Assembly (NCBI RefSeq): GCF_001194135.2
Contig: NC_068994.1
Span: forward strand, 20,874,508-20,938,507
Direction: 5' to 3'
From: Octopus bimaculoides
Lineage: Eukaryota
DNA length: 64,000 bases
The notes under the pieces are model-generated. The model was not told the origin of the DNA, did not search any database, and was given only the letters and a program-made list of their open reading frames with translations. Shown here in pieces: positions 25,079 through 38,810 of the stretch (position 1 is the first letter of the stretch; each line of letters opens with the position of its first letter). Made by a program: the position numbers and the translations under genes.

Positions 25079-26574
25079 TGTTATCTCTCCAACACTAATT
25101 AAACTACTAATTCAAAGAAGATATCAGCTGATTGATCTTTGCGTAGAGACTGACGTTCCCTGCTTGTAATGCCAAGGTATTTTGATACATAAGTGTAAAT
25201 ATGTTGCTAATGAAATACTTTTACACCTGTAATATCTCTATTTATATTACATGTGTGGGATGGACTGGAAACCTATTTTTTGCTTCTAAATTTATCAAAG
25301 CTAATTTGCATATCATTGCACAGTGATTGTAATGACCAGTCTGCAACACTAAAACTAATACAAGCTAACAATAAGCATTTATGTGTTTGCATGACTTGCT
25401 AGGAATATTTACCAAATCTCCCTCAAACCATACCTACTGCCTTAAAAGAAGAATATATTGGATAATGTGGTTCTGATTATACTGTGTTAGGAGATAAGAC
25501 CAAGTTATCACCATTGGAATATCTTTGACCCATAAGTTGGCTTAGATTGGGGTTATCCTGGGGCTTAAAGCAGGACAGCAGTCAGCAATAATATATTGGT
25601 TTCAAATTTTGGCATAGAGCCAGCAATTTTAGAGGAGGGGCTAAATTGATTAAATCTACCCCAGTGCTTGACTGGTACTTATTTTATCAACCCCACAAAG
25701 ATGAAAGGCAGAGTTGACCCCTGTGGAATTTGAACCTAGAATGTAAAGAAAGGCAAAATGCCACTGAGCATTTTGCTCGACATGCTCACGATTCTGTCAG
25801 CTCACTATCTAAAAATAGCAGTTTCTGCCACAGGATCAAACCTAGAACTCTGTGATTGCAAAGTAAACTTCTTGAACATTTGGCTATACTGCACTTTCAT
25901 ACAGTCAACAATAATATATTAAACCTCATTTTTTGTACATACAATAGCATTAACTCTTTAACTTTCAAAGTAATAATGTTTCACCATCATCACTTCTATA
26001 CAGTATGCTGTGTGTATATAGAAATAGTATGGTTGACATTTAATGAGCTGCTTCTTCCTTTACTTTTCTCCGTAATACAGAATGCTGTTGATAATGATGA
26101 TGGTGATGACATTGATTACAGTGATGATGTCTTACTTTTGTTCTAGCAACACTTTGGAATCACAATTTTCTCTTGACTTATTTTTTGGAGTATCAGTAGT
26201 ATTCCTAGAAAAGTCTAGTTTCAAAAGTGTACCACCTTTAGATCAATTGCAGAAAAGTTAACTGAGATTTTGGGGTTTTTTTGTTGTTCAAAAACCTAAA
26301 TTCCATGTCCTTATGTGATACTAAATTATTGTAACATGCATGTTGGTAATTCCAGCAATCTTTGTGACATAACTAGTGCTGGAAGTAGTTGTAATGAAAG
26401 CAGACAGACAAGAATATGAAATGAACAGAAGTTCTAGGAGATGACTTTACTGTCAATAAATGTTCTTCCATACAGAAAGACAGTCTGTATGAATTAGATG
26501 AAAGAATAACTGTAAAATCTCCTGAAAGAATAAATAGAATGCCATCTCTTAGTCTTGCAGCATTAATTAATTCA

Positions 26575-26830
26575 TCATCATCATCTGTTTTCCATGCTGA
26601 AATAAGTTGGATGGTTTGACAGGAGTTGGACAGCCAGAGAGGTGACCAGGTTCCAATTGTCTGTTTTGGCATGGTTTTTACAGCTTGATGCCCTTCCTAA
26701 TGCCAATCATTTTACAGAGCGTGATCGGTGGTTTTAAATGGCACCAACACAAGTGCACTTAACATGGTACCAGTACGAGTGCATTTAATGTAGCTCTGGC
26801 ACAAGTGCATTTTACGTGGCACTGGCACAA
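26575..26830 (-). mobile_element. RTE 3' tail fragment. Others at ~4570-4710(+), 28940-29130(-), 29470-29690(+), 29720-30118(+)
   Basis: Shared motifs ggatgcccttcctaa.gccaacca and catcatcat..tttccatgct. Confidence 0.85.
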
Positions 26831-27619
26831 GTTAAAAAAAAATTAAGAGCAAATAATTCAAGAAGGTAGTTGTGTGTTAAAGGCTTTAGTAAATATAAGC
26901 AAAAGCATTTATTACCAGTATAGACATTAAATGTCTATCGAGATGAGATGTAAATTGAAAATAGAAATTACAGTGACAAAGAAGATTTTGAAGTTGAGAA
27001 GTTATATGTAAAAACATTGACCCTTATAGTTAAAAATAACTTAAGATAGGTCTGTATCATGAAGAATGATATTTTGTGCTGACATTAATGATGATGGTGG
27101 TGATAATAGTCATATAACTGTTTTAGTATTGTATAAAGTTAGAATATGTGTTGTCTTTCTTAATTCTCTCTACTGGCTCCTGATTTTATAATGGCAAAGT
27201 ACTTCATAGTTCTTCTGCTTCAGTCATTTTCAGTTTTGTTTCTTTTCTTAAGTGTTTTGTACTTGTGTAACGTGACATAGATTTTGGAGGCAATATAACT
27301 GTTTTCTTACTCGCAATGGTATCTTTATCAAGATGTATTTTCAATGACCTTTCACCTGACATGTTTTCTGTGGTTTAATTCAAGTCTCTTGCCTTGATAT
27401 TAATCATATAATCCTTTTAGCACCTTGTAGTTTTCATGTAGAATTACTACTGGAACATTGTGCATTTCCATATTTCCTTTTAGTGCAAGCACTGAGCAAG
27501 TAGGCTCCACCCTAATTTGGTCATAGTTTGTACATGAAGTTGATATACCATCATTAATGTTAAGGTATTGAAACTCAATGAAGTTGAAGAACAGGCTTTT
27601 TAAAATATTACTTTGTACT

Positions 27620-27651
<32 letters not shown>

Positions 27652-27726
27652 TGAGTAGTTAGAAAAAAATAGCTTCAACAACAAGAGTCATACATTGCTA
27701 TTTGTCATTGTTTGTGACTGGTTAGT

Positions 27727-27765
<39 letters not shown>

Positions 27766-28159
27766 ACACAAATTTATAAATATGCAAAAGCATGTACCTG
27801 CACATATACATTTGTGTGTGTATAAAATGTAACACACATTCACACATAATACCCACACAAACATATAAGGCATATTCACATCATAATTTAATGTATACCC
27901 TAATATAAACACAAAGCTTCCTCCTCCTCCTCTTCATTTCAACATTCACTCAGCACCATACATATTCATTATATACCCACATAGTTGCGTGCGTACACAC
28001 ACACACACGTACCTTCACTTTAGGTACAGGCATGGCCGTGTGAATTTGAAGTTAGTATTGTTCTCATGTAGTCTCAGGTTCTAACTCATTGCATGTAGTG
28101 AATGTCTTCTATTGTAGGGTTGTGAGTAAAATTGGTAGATAGAAACTGTATGGAAGAGC

Positions 28160-28191
<32 letters not shown>

Positions 28192-28192
<1 letters not shown>

Positions 28193-28870
28193 AAAAGGCA
28201 AGTAGGTTTTTAACCAGGAAGAGGTGTCACAGATGATATCTTTCTAGTGAGACAATTGAAAGAGAAATATTTAGCTAGAAGGAAGTTTCTATATCTAGCA
28301 TTCATAGATCTGGAGAAAGCCTTTGGCATGGTCTGTCATTTTGTCGGCACTAAAGAAGCTGAAGGTATCATACAAGCTATATGCACGGGGAGTTTATAAA
28401 TACAGTGATGAATTTCGCATACAGGTCACAGTCCTCATATTATAGTTCATGAAGTCATAACAAGAGTTTAAAACTATCTTTCCATGGGAACTTCTGTATG
28501 CTGATGACTTTATTCTTACAGTAAAATCTGTGAAAGATTTAGAAAAGAAATTCCAGACACGGAAGCAAAACCTGGAATTGAAGGGCTAAAGTAAACATAA
28601 ACCAAAACTAAAGTTAATGATAAGTAGAGAGAAAAAACAGAACTCTGGTGCCGTCAGAGAAGTGGCTATGCTTGGTAAGCAGGAAAAGAGTTGGTAGAAA
28701 TTCCATGCAGTCTGCCCAATGTAAACAATAGATGCACGAAAGTTGTGGTTGGATCAGAGGCAGGTTGAAAACATAGGCAGCTTGTGTATGTTCTTGATGT
28801 ACAAGAGCATTAGACTAGGAATGTACCAAGAAAATAGATTCTGTAAATTGCTCATAAGGTTGCCTAGAAG
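28192..28870 (+). mobile_element. Decayed RTE reverse-transcriptase core
   Basis: Translates to IFLVRQL.EKYLAR..LYLAFIDLEKAF, PWELLYADD, WKQNLELKG and a decayed Cys/His finger. Confidence 0.9.
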
Positions 28871-29292
28871 CAGTTTCTCCTGTTGCTCTAGCTGAGTTCA
28901 TTCACTGCCCTACATTTTTTCTCAGTGTTCTCTCCCTACAGCTCCTGTCATCTCAACACCCTCTCATCTTTCCATTTTTGGCCTGCCCCACACCTCTCTT
29001 TTCTTCCATGAGTTTCTTCAGATCCTCACCATACTTATCTATCTCTTTCGTGTTTCTTTTTCCCCACTCAACATCTGTTTATACTTGGTCTTATGTGGCT
29101 TAGCCCTGGAACCCTTACAAAACTCAACCTATAACTTCACACACTGTCCATTCATTCTTATTAATCCCTCCCTTGTCCCCTTGTCCTGTCCATATTCCTT
29201 TGCCCAATAGTATCTTCTTTATTACTCTCCTCACTACTATCAAACTTTTCTTCTCTTCATACTTTACTTTCATCACCTTACTTAGAATCATT

Positions 29293-29422
<130 letters not shown>

Positions 29423-31403
29423 TCTTTTATTTTCTTCCAGTTATAAGGGCCCATTTAGGCTCTTTGTCTTGCAAATTGCAAGATGACCTCACTAGGGCTG
29501 GTGTTACAAGAAAAAAGCACCCACTGCACTCTGTAAAGTGGTTGGCATTAGGAAGGGTATTCAGTTAAAAAAAAAGCATGATAAAACAGATATTGGAGCC
29601 TGAGGTATTCCTCCAGCTTGTCAAGTTCTGTTGAACTGTCTAACCCATGCCAGCATGGAAAACAGGCATCAAATGATGACAATGATGATGATTTTATGTA
29701 TATGTTGTTGAAGAAGACCCAAGAAGACATGAGACATAGTACTGAAGGACAACCTCAGGGTACTCAACTTTACAGAGATGGCAAATGATCAAAATATCTG
29801 GCACCTTGCTGCACTCAAGATGACCTGTCCTCCACATCAGAAGTGTTAATGTCACTCCCCTGATGAAGAATATTGGCCTGCAAGTGCCAGTGACACATAA
29901 AAAGCACTTGTGCTGGCGCCATGTAGAAGCATTTGTGCCAGTGTCACATTAAAAGCACCCAACACACACTGTAAAGTGGTTGGTGTTAGGAAGGGCATCC
30001 AGTCATAAAAACCAAGCCAAATCAGACTGGAACCTGGTACAGCTCTCCTGCTTGCCAACTGTGATCAAACTGTCCAAGCCATGCTAGCATGGAAAATGGA
30101 CGTTGAATGATAATGATGTATATATGTAGGAGTTGTGGGTATCTGTATATATAAGGTACACAATATATTATAATTCCTACTGAAAAATGAGACATGTACA
30201 CACTAATATAAGCAAAACCTTCCTGTTCCTGCTCTACATTCCACTATTCCTTAGCAACACATAAGGCTTGTATTATCACACAATACCACACATACTCATC
30301 AAATGTACACACAGTTGTGTGTGTATGAATGTTTACAAGCTGTACTTCATACAAATGCATTGAACTAGAAAATAAAAATAATTGATGATGCTTGTTAATG
30401 TTCTCTGTCAAAAAAATTATCCTCTAGCTCCTCACATTTGTAGATGGCTGGAATAAATAATCCTTTACTTGAAAAACAAGCAAGGGTTTGTGACAAGAAG
30501 GGTATCTTTTTATTGCCAATAAAGGCTATATCTCCTAATATCCCTTCTACCCCTTTCATATTTTTGCTTCATTGACCAGATCACAGTTGTGTGACAAAAA
30601 CTTCACACTTCATGAAAAAATGAATTGAATTTAACAGTTTTGTTCGTTATTGAATGGTTAAAATGTCTATTCCACAATGAAATTGCTTTAGTTTCAACAG
30701 ACAATCTCAAATCAAGTCACTTGCTTGACAAGTACTACCTCTGAATTAGCAAGAATCTGTGTACATTTAAATACAAAGAAGAAAAAAACCAAACATATTA
30801 GTCAGAAAACTAAATATATTAGTCATTTGAAGTTAATTTTAGATTAAGAGTTCATATGACAACCAATTGTTATTTATGTGTATGTTATTAACTGTGTAAA
30901 GTTAAATTCTGCAAATAAATATCTTTAAATATATAGGAGATACCAAGTAAATTATTCATTTTCATTTTAAAAGGTTTTATATGGATAGGTATTGCTGTTA
31001 TGTGTTTGTTACTTAATACACAAAGATAAACTCTACAATGAAATTAATATTATCAGGATATAAAATGAAGATAATAATGATGATGACTGGCAACAACAGC
31101 AGTGGCAACAATGACAATAAGGATTAAATAAATATAATCTGGACATAAAATAATGATGATAATGACAGTACTAGTAGTGGTAGCAGCATTGCTGCTGTTG
31201 TTTTGGTTTAACTACTGTTAATTGTAGGTTTGGTGTTAAGTGTGCAAAGGCAAATTCTATAAATAATGCAGTTTTATACGATTTAAATTATTATAAGAGA
31301 AAAACAATATTGTATAGAATATGTACTTGTACAATCCAAGAATGTAGCAGTCAGAAAGGAACTTGAAATTGTGAGAAGTTATAAGTGTAGTATCATCAAT
31401 TAA

Positions 31404-32247
31404 CCCTTTCACTGATTTGAAAGCCATTAATGGTTCTGAAATGTTTTATTATCACATATCTGAGAGCCACTAGTGGCTCTCAACTCATTGTTCAAATAAT
31501 GGGATGTAACTATCTTGAACATATGTATCATAATCTGTTGGGACTATTAATATATGAAATAAGACAGGTTCGAAGATGAGAACCATATGTATTCTTCAAA
31601 ACACAGGAAAAAAATCAACTGAAGTTATGGTATGAATATTTATTGGTATAATGCTATCAAAACCAAAAATTACATATTTGAAATGGAAAATATTATCCTT
31701 TTGTGAATAAAAATGAAACTTGGTTTATAAACATGAAAACATGAAAATTTTTAGTAAATAAACACGAAGCACTAAACAATTTTGTCTGCTAATATCTGCT
31801 CTATACTTTGTATCCTGAAATTTTATCCTTTATCCTTTTATGGTGTTATTTATGAACTATTGATATCTGAAAAGCTGTTGCAACATGACAAATAAATAGA
31901 TGCAAAACTTTACTGTAAAATTCTGTTAAATTCTTTAAAGTGTACAAATTCAAAATATATGGAAATGATTTGCATCAAAGTAATTTAGTTGATAATACCC
32001 GATGGTTATATAAAAAAATATAAAAGCTAACATGCAAGAACCATATTTGGCTCTCAAACACCTGACTAATAAAAATTTTCATTCTTGAGAAGCATTTGTG
32101 TTTCTCAGGTTTTTATCATGCTTATATACTTCCTTTAAAGATATTATGAAAAGAACAAAAGGATATCTTTGTATTATTTATAGTTTTAATTACATAGGCA
32201 AAACATGACAAATGAAGCCATCCAATTTGCCTTGGACAGTAAAAGGG
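31404..32247. mobile_element. Non-autonomous piggyBac-type element, 844 bp
   Basis: TTAA at 31400-31403 and 32248-32251. Terminal inverted repeats ccctttcactg / cagtaaaaggg (10/11). AT-rich non-coding interior. Confidence 0.8.
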
Positions 32248-34668
32248 TTAAAATAAAATTAAAATTACTAAATACTGTTAAAAATATTGTATGAAAGCTA
32301 AAGTAAGATACACTCAAATGGGTTAAAATAAAAGACTAATATAAGTAAATGCTTTTAAGATTACCAAATTATGATCAAATACTCTATGTGTTTAGGGATC
32401 TGGTCTTAAAGAAAACAAATTAATTTCTAATGAGAAAGCATTATTAGAATTTCCAAACTGATGTCTTTGAGAATCTAATTCTGTATACATGTTATTAACG
32501 AGTAAAAGGTGTTTGATAATAATAGGGTGGTTTCAACACATGTGCTAATGAAGGGAAAGATATAAACCTATAATAATTATAAAGATGGCTTAATTACAGT
32601 TATCTGCTTTCAGGATATAAGAATGTTGGGAAGCATTTCTTAAATGGAGCTTATAATTGGGATTTGAAGAGCAAGGATGCATGTCAACAACAATTGTGAA
32701 ATTAATCTGGTTATCATCACATGCTCTCTAGTGAAAACTGAAACTGTTGAGAAGTAAATGTTAGAGATTTGGAAAACAGAGATGGGTGAGAGGGAGAGAA
32801 AAAAAAGTGAGGTTTAATAGGATTGGGTATATGTTGTTGTTCAGCAGTCTAGTGTAGAAGTATTGATAGATTAACTTGGTTGCTCCTATAGTAACGTGGT
32901 ATTAGAATATATAGTTTTATATTTAGATTTAACATAGGGCTAACAGACAAAAAAGGCTGCTATTATAAAGGCACAGTATTAGAAGTCAATATATAAATGA
33001 GAAAAAAAAAAGGCAATGAGCTGGCAAAATCATAAGCATGCCAGGTAAAATACTGAGTGACATTTTGTCCATCTTTACATTCTGAGTTCAAATTCCACCA
33101 AGGTCAACTTCACCTTTGATCCTTTCAGGGTTGATAAAATAAGTACCAGTTTTGTATTGGTGTTGACGTAATTGACTTACTCCCTTTCCCAAAGTTGCTG
33201 GCCTTGTGCTAAAATTTAAAACCAATATATAGATGGGAATGAAGAATTAGAAAGAAGAAGAATGAGAGAAGTTAGAAACTGAGAAGTATGAATTCTGAGG
33301 TAAAAATAAAAGCCTAAAGAAAAAAATATAGATGTGTAAATATAGGGTTTACCTAAGATGAAGATGAATATATATATATGTATATTCCTATTAAAATACA
33401 GATGTATTTGAATATATAAATTTAAAAAAATATAAGTATAACAGTGAATAGATGACTAAATGTGTAAACATACCCTCATGTCTTATTTTTTTTACCCTTA
33501 CACCTTTTCCAGTTAAGTCAAAACAAAACCTCTTCTCTAATTTGTATTAACATTACATCTGTTTCTGACACTTCAATAACATTGCCTACTTTTTGAAACA
33601 TATAATGGGTTAGCTTTTAATGTCAGTTTAAATTATGAGAAATAATAATACAACTCTACCTTCCCTCCATATATTTGGGTTTTTTCCTACTTAGCCATAC
33701 TCTTGTTCAAACATTCATATATTTGGTAATCATGTCCTTATTTTTCATTACTCCAACAAATCATAATTTGAACCTCTATATCATAATCTACTTTTTTTTA
33801 ATTCTTTGTTATTGTGGTTTTTTCCTGTTTATTAAATCAAAAATTTCTATATATACCTGCATAAAAAAAAAAATGTTTGTGTGTACATGCTATAGGTAAT
33901 GAACAAGAGAAAATGTGCACAATACTGAGGGGGAAAATATAAATGACTTATGTAACTTGGTTCCAGATAACTGTATTAAATTAAATTAAATCATATGGTA
34001 ATAATTTCAAACTTTGGCTTAAGGGCACTAATTTTAGTGTGGTATTTCACTGATCCTTTGTTTTATCAACCCAAAAAAAAGGCAAAGTTGACTTTGGCAG
34101 GATTTGAACTCAGAACATAAAGACACTAAAGAAATGCTGCTAAGCATTTTCATCCAACATGCTAAAAATTCTCTCAGCCTAATAATAATAATAATGATAA
34201 TCATTTCTACTATAAGCACAAGGCCTGCAATTTTTGTGGGGTGTGGCTAGTCAATTACATTGAGCCTAGTTCTCAACTGGTATTTATTTTATTGACTCTG
34301 AAAGATAAAAGGTAATTTAGGATAAAAGTGGAATTCACACCCAGGATGTAAAGACAGACAAAATGCTTAGTAGCATTTTGTCCTGTATGCTAACAGTTCT
34401 GCCAGCTCGGTACCTTGAACTTATTGTATACAATGCTCAGATGCATTTCAACTCATTGGAAAAGGTTTAAGAAGGAGATAGAAAGCAGATATAAGTCAAG
34501 TAAAGAAAGACAGCAATGAAAGCTTGAAGTACATGTACTATATACTTAGAACTTGGAGTGTAATTGTTTAGTAGTATGATTGCCATTAAAGTATATTGTA
34601 CATCCTCACTATTTTCATATAGTTCTGTGCTCAGTTATTTTTATTACTAAAAACTACAACCAGTTACA

Positions 34669-34702
<34 letters not shown>

Positions 34703-34801
34703 TCCTTTTAGAAAATATAACAACATATTCAGTAATCCCAACAAACACTGCCAATCAAAAACCTATGGAATCTAAATAAGATTATATTAAATTGATCTAC
34801 C

Positions 34802-36279
34802 AGGAGTTAATATCTCAAGATTTAGATATTGTATTCTAGAATATGGATTCTATTTTGAAGATGGTTAGGTGATATTTAGGGAAGACTTAGCTGCTGCATT
34901 GAATAGGTCAAGTAACTAGGTAGAAATGCTCACTAGCTTGAGAACAGGAGAGGATTTGTTTAATATTACAGTTGGGCTGTCTCTTTAGATAAAAAGTTTA
35001 AAATTCTAACTTATTTATAATCAGTGGAAAACATGTTTATCACTTCAGAAAATTGATTACTATTGACTTGGCAATGCCACTTTAGCATACAGTCTACCTA
35101 ACCATTTACACTTTAGCATGTGGTTTGCCTGGCCATTTCATACCTAATCAAGCAGTTGAACCCTAAACCCTAACCTAACCCTAATCTCCAGCCTAGCCCT
35201 AAACCCTAACTCTAATCCTAACCTAGATTAGATCATTTCACTGCACAGACTACAGATGCTGCAGTAGACTGCATACTAAAGTGGCACCAACTAGGCGCAT
35301 CAGTTTCCATATACATACTTCTCTATTATTTTATATCACAATTTGTGAACAATTGTCTCAGTGGCTATAGATCCCCATCATGCAAATCACTGGTTCTTAT
35401 TTTTATGAATATACATACATATGCATGAACACACACACACACACACACACACATTCCTCACAGTTTCTATCTGCCAAATTCCACTCATGTGGCTTTGATC
35501 ATTCCAAGTCTTTGATAGAAAGTACTTGCTCAAGGTTCTGTGGTTGCAAGTGAATTTTATCGCAAAGTCATCATACCTACCCTCTTGCTATAGACAGTTA
35601 AATTCATCTTGGAAGGATGGAAATCAAGATGATCCAGATGGAGCTTGAACTGAGAAACCAGAGGACAAAACCATTCCAAAGTATTTCATATTTAGTCTAA
35701 GATGCTTTTATCTCGGCCGTCACTTCTGATCTTTTTAAGAATATTATAAATACTAAATCTTAGTGTAACAAATAATCCACAGTTTTCTCATTGACTAAAT
35801 TATGACTTCTGAAATTTTGCTCAACATTCACAAGTTCTCACACAATACGTGCCAAGTATGTTTAATGATGATCATCTCCATTATATCTTAAGCTAACTAA
35901 AATAAATTTATTTTTAATTATGCAACCATCAAACGTTCTCTACACATCCTTACATGGCAACACAATAGAATCACTTGCCAGTTACTTGGATATCATTTTA
36001 CAATAACCTCCCCTCTCAAGTGTATTCATATCCTTTTTTAAACTTTACATGCATTATCTCCATCTTAAAATATACACGTTTTCCACTGACTATAAATAAG
36101 TTAGAATTTTAAACTTTTTCTCTAAATCCTCTCCTGTTCTCAAGCTAGTGAGCATTTCTATCTAGTTACTTGACCTATTCAATGCAGCAACTAAATCTCC
36201 CCTAAATATCACTTAGCCATCTTCAAAATAGAATCTATGTTCTAGAATACAATATCTAAATCTTGAGATATTAACTCCT
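34802..36279. repeat. Inverted duplication: 156-bp arms 34802-34957 and 36124-36279, spacer 1166 bp
   Basis: Base-by-base comparison gives 148/156 identity, no indels, and all 8 differences are transitions. Confidence 0.97.
35068..35290. mobile_element. Small inverted-repeat element with a degenerate (CCCTAA)n core
   Basis: gccactttagcatacagtcta (35076-35096) versus tagactgcatactaaagtggc (35265-35285), 2 mismatches. ccctaa/cctaa repeats at 35161-35226. Confidence 0.75.
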
Positions 36280-36354
36280 TAACAGAGACAGGATCACTTC
36301 CACCAGAATGCCTGTCCAGTCACTATTACTGCACTGTTCATTAGTAATTCAAGG

Positions 36355-36960
36355 GAATATCATCATTATCATCCTTTAATGTCCATTTTTCCATGCTGGT
36401 ATGGGTTGGATAGTTTGACCAGAGCTGCACCAGGTTCCAGTCTGATTTGGCTTGGTTTCTACAGCTGGATGCCCTACCTAACACCAGCCACCTTACAGAG
36501 TGTGATGGGTGCTTTTTACATGGCACCAGCATAGATGCTTTTCTGTGATGCCAGCACAGGTGCTTTTTACATGGTGCCAGCATGGGTGCTTTTTGTGTGG
36601 CACTGATATAAGCTTTTGCAGGTCAATCCTCTTCAGCAAGGAGAGCAGCATTAACACACTTCTGCTGTGGCAGATGGGTCTTCTTGGCAAGGCACCAGAT
36701 ATCGCAGTCCTTTGTCATCTCCTCTGTAAGGTTCAGTGTCATGAGATCATCCTTCAATACTTCATCCCATGTCTTCCTGGGTCTTCCTTTTCCACGAGTT
36801 CCATCCACTTTGAGTGTCAACATCCAATAACAATATTATGGTATTGCACATACAAAAACAATATCATGATATGCCACATACAAAATTACTGTTCACATCT
36901 GACATTTTTCTTCATCAACATATTGCCAAATTCAAACACAAAGTATGTACTTTCACTATC
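36355..36960 (-). mobile_element. RTE 3' fragment
   Basis: ORF 36623..36823 reads TRGKGRPRKTWDEVLKDDL, followed by the tail. Confidence 0.9.
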
Positions 36961-37634
36961 TTTGTCCAAGTTGGAAATTGAAACATCCTGTTCATAGTCC
37001 ACATGTTAATTTATACTTAATGCATTTTTTGCTCCAACTATTCAAATTGAAGAGTCCTACTACTAAATTTAAAGCTTATGAAAAAAGGGTAAACTGTTAT
37101 TAGAAAGAAAGAAAATGTTATAGAAGGAAGACCTAAACCATTCTGAGAACATAAAACCCATGCCTTAGCAATGTTAGACTGTACAGCAAATGTTTACCTA
37201 TCAATATTTCATGTTATCAATAGATTTATGTTGTGATATTTTAATTTAAATATGAATAGGTTGTTTGGCCATATATGATCAAGGACTTGTTGGTAATGAA
37301 AGAGTCACACTCCAGTACCTTCTGCAATTTCCTTCTTCATTCATTTATCTTTCCCACCCCTCTCTCTCTCTCTCTCTCAACTTCTCTGTTTTCTTCTTTC
37401 TCATACTTCTTTTTCACACTTCATAACTTTTTCATAATTTTCTGTTTTTCTCCCTTTTCTGTAATATTTCTTTTTAGATCGCCTATTCATTGCAACTACC
37501 TCACCCTCCCTTTAGTCTTTTTCCATTAACCTTCCTATTTATGCACCTTTTTCACTTTCTTCACTTGTGTTATATATATATGTATACCTTTATTTATAAA
37601 CAAGTTTCTTATTCTGTATAATTTGTTTCCTCAG

Positions 37635-37689
37635 GCAGCCAGCATATTACAAATGGAGAAAGAGGGGGAGGAACACATGGAATCACCGA
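37635..37689 (+). CDS. Candidate internal exon (55 nt). All three frames are open; the phase 1 to 2 reading is SQHITNGERGGGTHGIT
   Basis: Strong acceptor atttgtttcctcag|, strong donor cga|gtaagt, purine-rich interior, unique sequence. Confidence 0.55.
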
Positions 37690-37909
37690 GTAAGTTAATA
37701 CTCTTGTTTGCTTCTACGTTTAGTTTTATTTTCACCTTTTCTCAGTATTTCACTTGCTTCAAACATGTAATATTATCAAAATGTAGTTTTATGATTCTTG
37801 TTGCATCATTTGAGAACATGTTATTATTTACAATGATCTTAATTTACAGTCAACACACTGTTCCTTGATGCATAGATATATAAAATATATGTGTGTGTGT
37901 GTGTGTGTA

Positions 37910-38720
37910 ACCATGCAGTGCTTCCAGAAGTCAGTTACACTACAATTGGCAGGTTTTCCAGAGAACCTCATATCATCAGATATTCCAGTCCTTTTCCATT
38001 TCCTCTGTCAGGCTTAGTGTCCTGGTTAGCCTTCATCACTTCATTCCATATCTTCCTGAATCTTCCTCATCCAAAGGCTCCAGCTACATCCTTATACTTT
38101 TGCATCATATGTTCACACCCGCTAAGTCTTCTTACACACTATGGAATTCCTCTTATGCCCAGTTTTCCTGTCAGCACATTTATGCTATATTGTTCATGCA
38201 CATTTACATGGCATATCCAGTGGAGTATGCTCACTTCATTTCTTCTTAGTCTTCTCAAGTCCACTGCATTCAAGGCCCATATCTCACTACCAGGCAGTGT
38301 TGCAGTTCTAACACAAGCATCATACAATCTACTTTTCATTCTTGGAGAAAAAACCTTTGTTGCTGCAGTGAACTTTTTTTCCAATCTGTTCTTATTCTTG
38401 CTGATGATGTCTTCTAGTTAGCAAAAACTATTAACTACATCCAGCGAACCATCCAAGCATGTAAGGGCTTCTAATTCTAGTGTGTTCACAAAATGTAATG
38501 CTCCATTGCATTTATCACATATGAAGCTTGTTCTCTGATAGCCTGTCTGTGTTCTACTACATAATCTGTTACCTAAGTCTATTCAGCCAGTAGTCAGTAT
38601 AGCGCTTTACCCTGTATCACACTGGCAAGGTGATCAAGACTAATTAATTCTGGCGTATGGACAACACAAGGACCTTGTTATACATCCATGGTTGTTCCTC
38701 ATGCATGCTTGCATAGACCT
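37910..38720 (-). mobile_element. Decayed RTE RT/C-terminal fragment. Another at ~40540-41110(-)
   Basis: ORF 38139..38384 reads KSRLYDACVRTATLPGSEIWAL, an RTE motif. Confidence 0.88.
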
Positions 38721-38810
38721 GTCCATTTGGTTTAACTTGAGTCTTGAGTGGAACTTATGAGTCTTTACTTTTGACTCAATTGTGTTTTACTACCAGTATC
38801 TCTTGTCTCT

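Noticed and set aside
30701-30744. Possible terminal exon NLKSSHLLDKYYL* after tttcaacag
   Set aside because: It is short, AT-rich and otherwise unsupported; such hits are expected by chance.
32614-32699. Open frame YKNVGKHFLNGAYNWDLKSKDACQQQL* after a good acceptor
   Set aside because: No donor before the stop and no recognisable domain.
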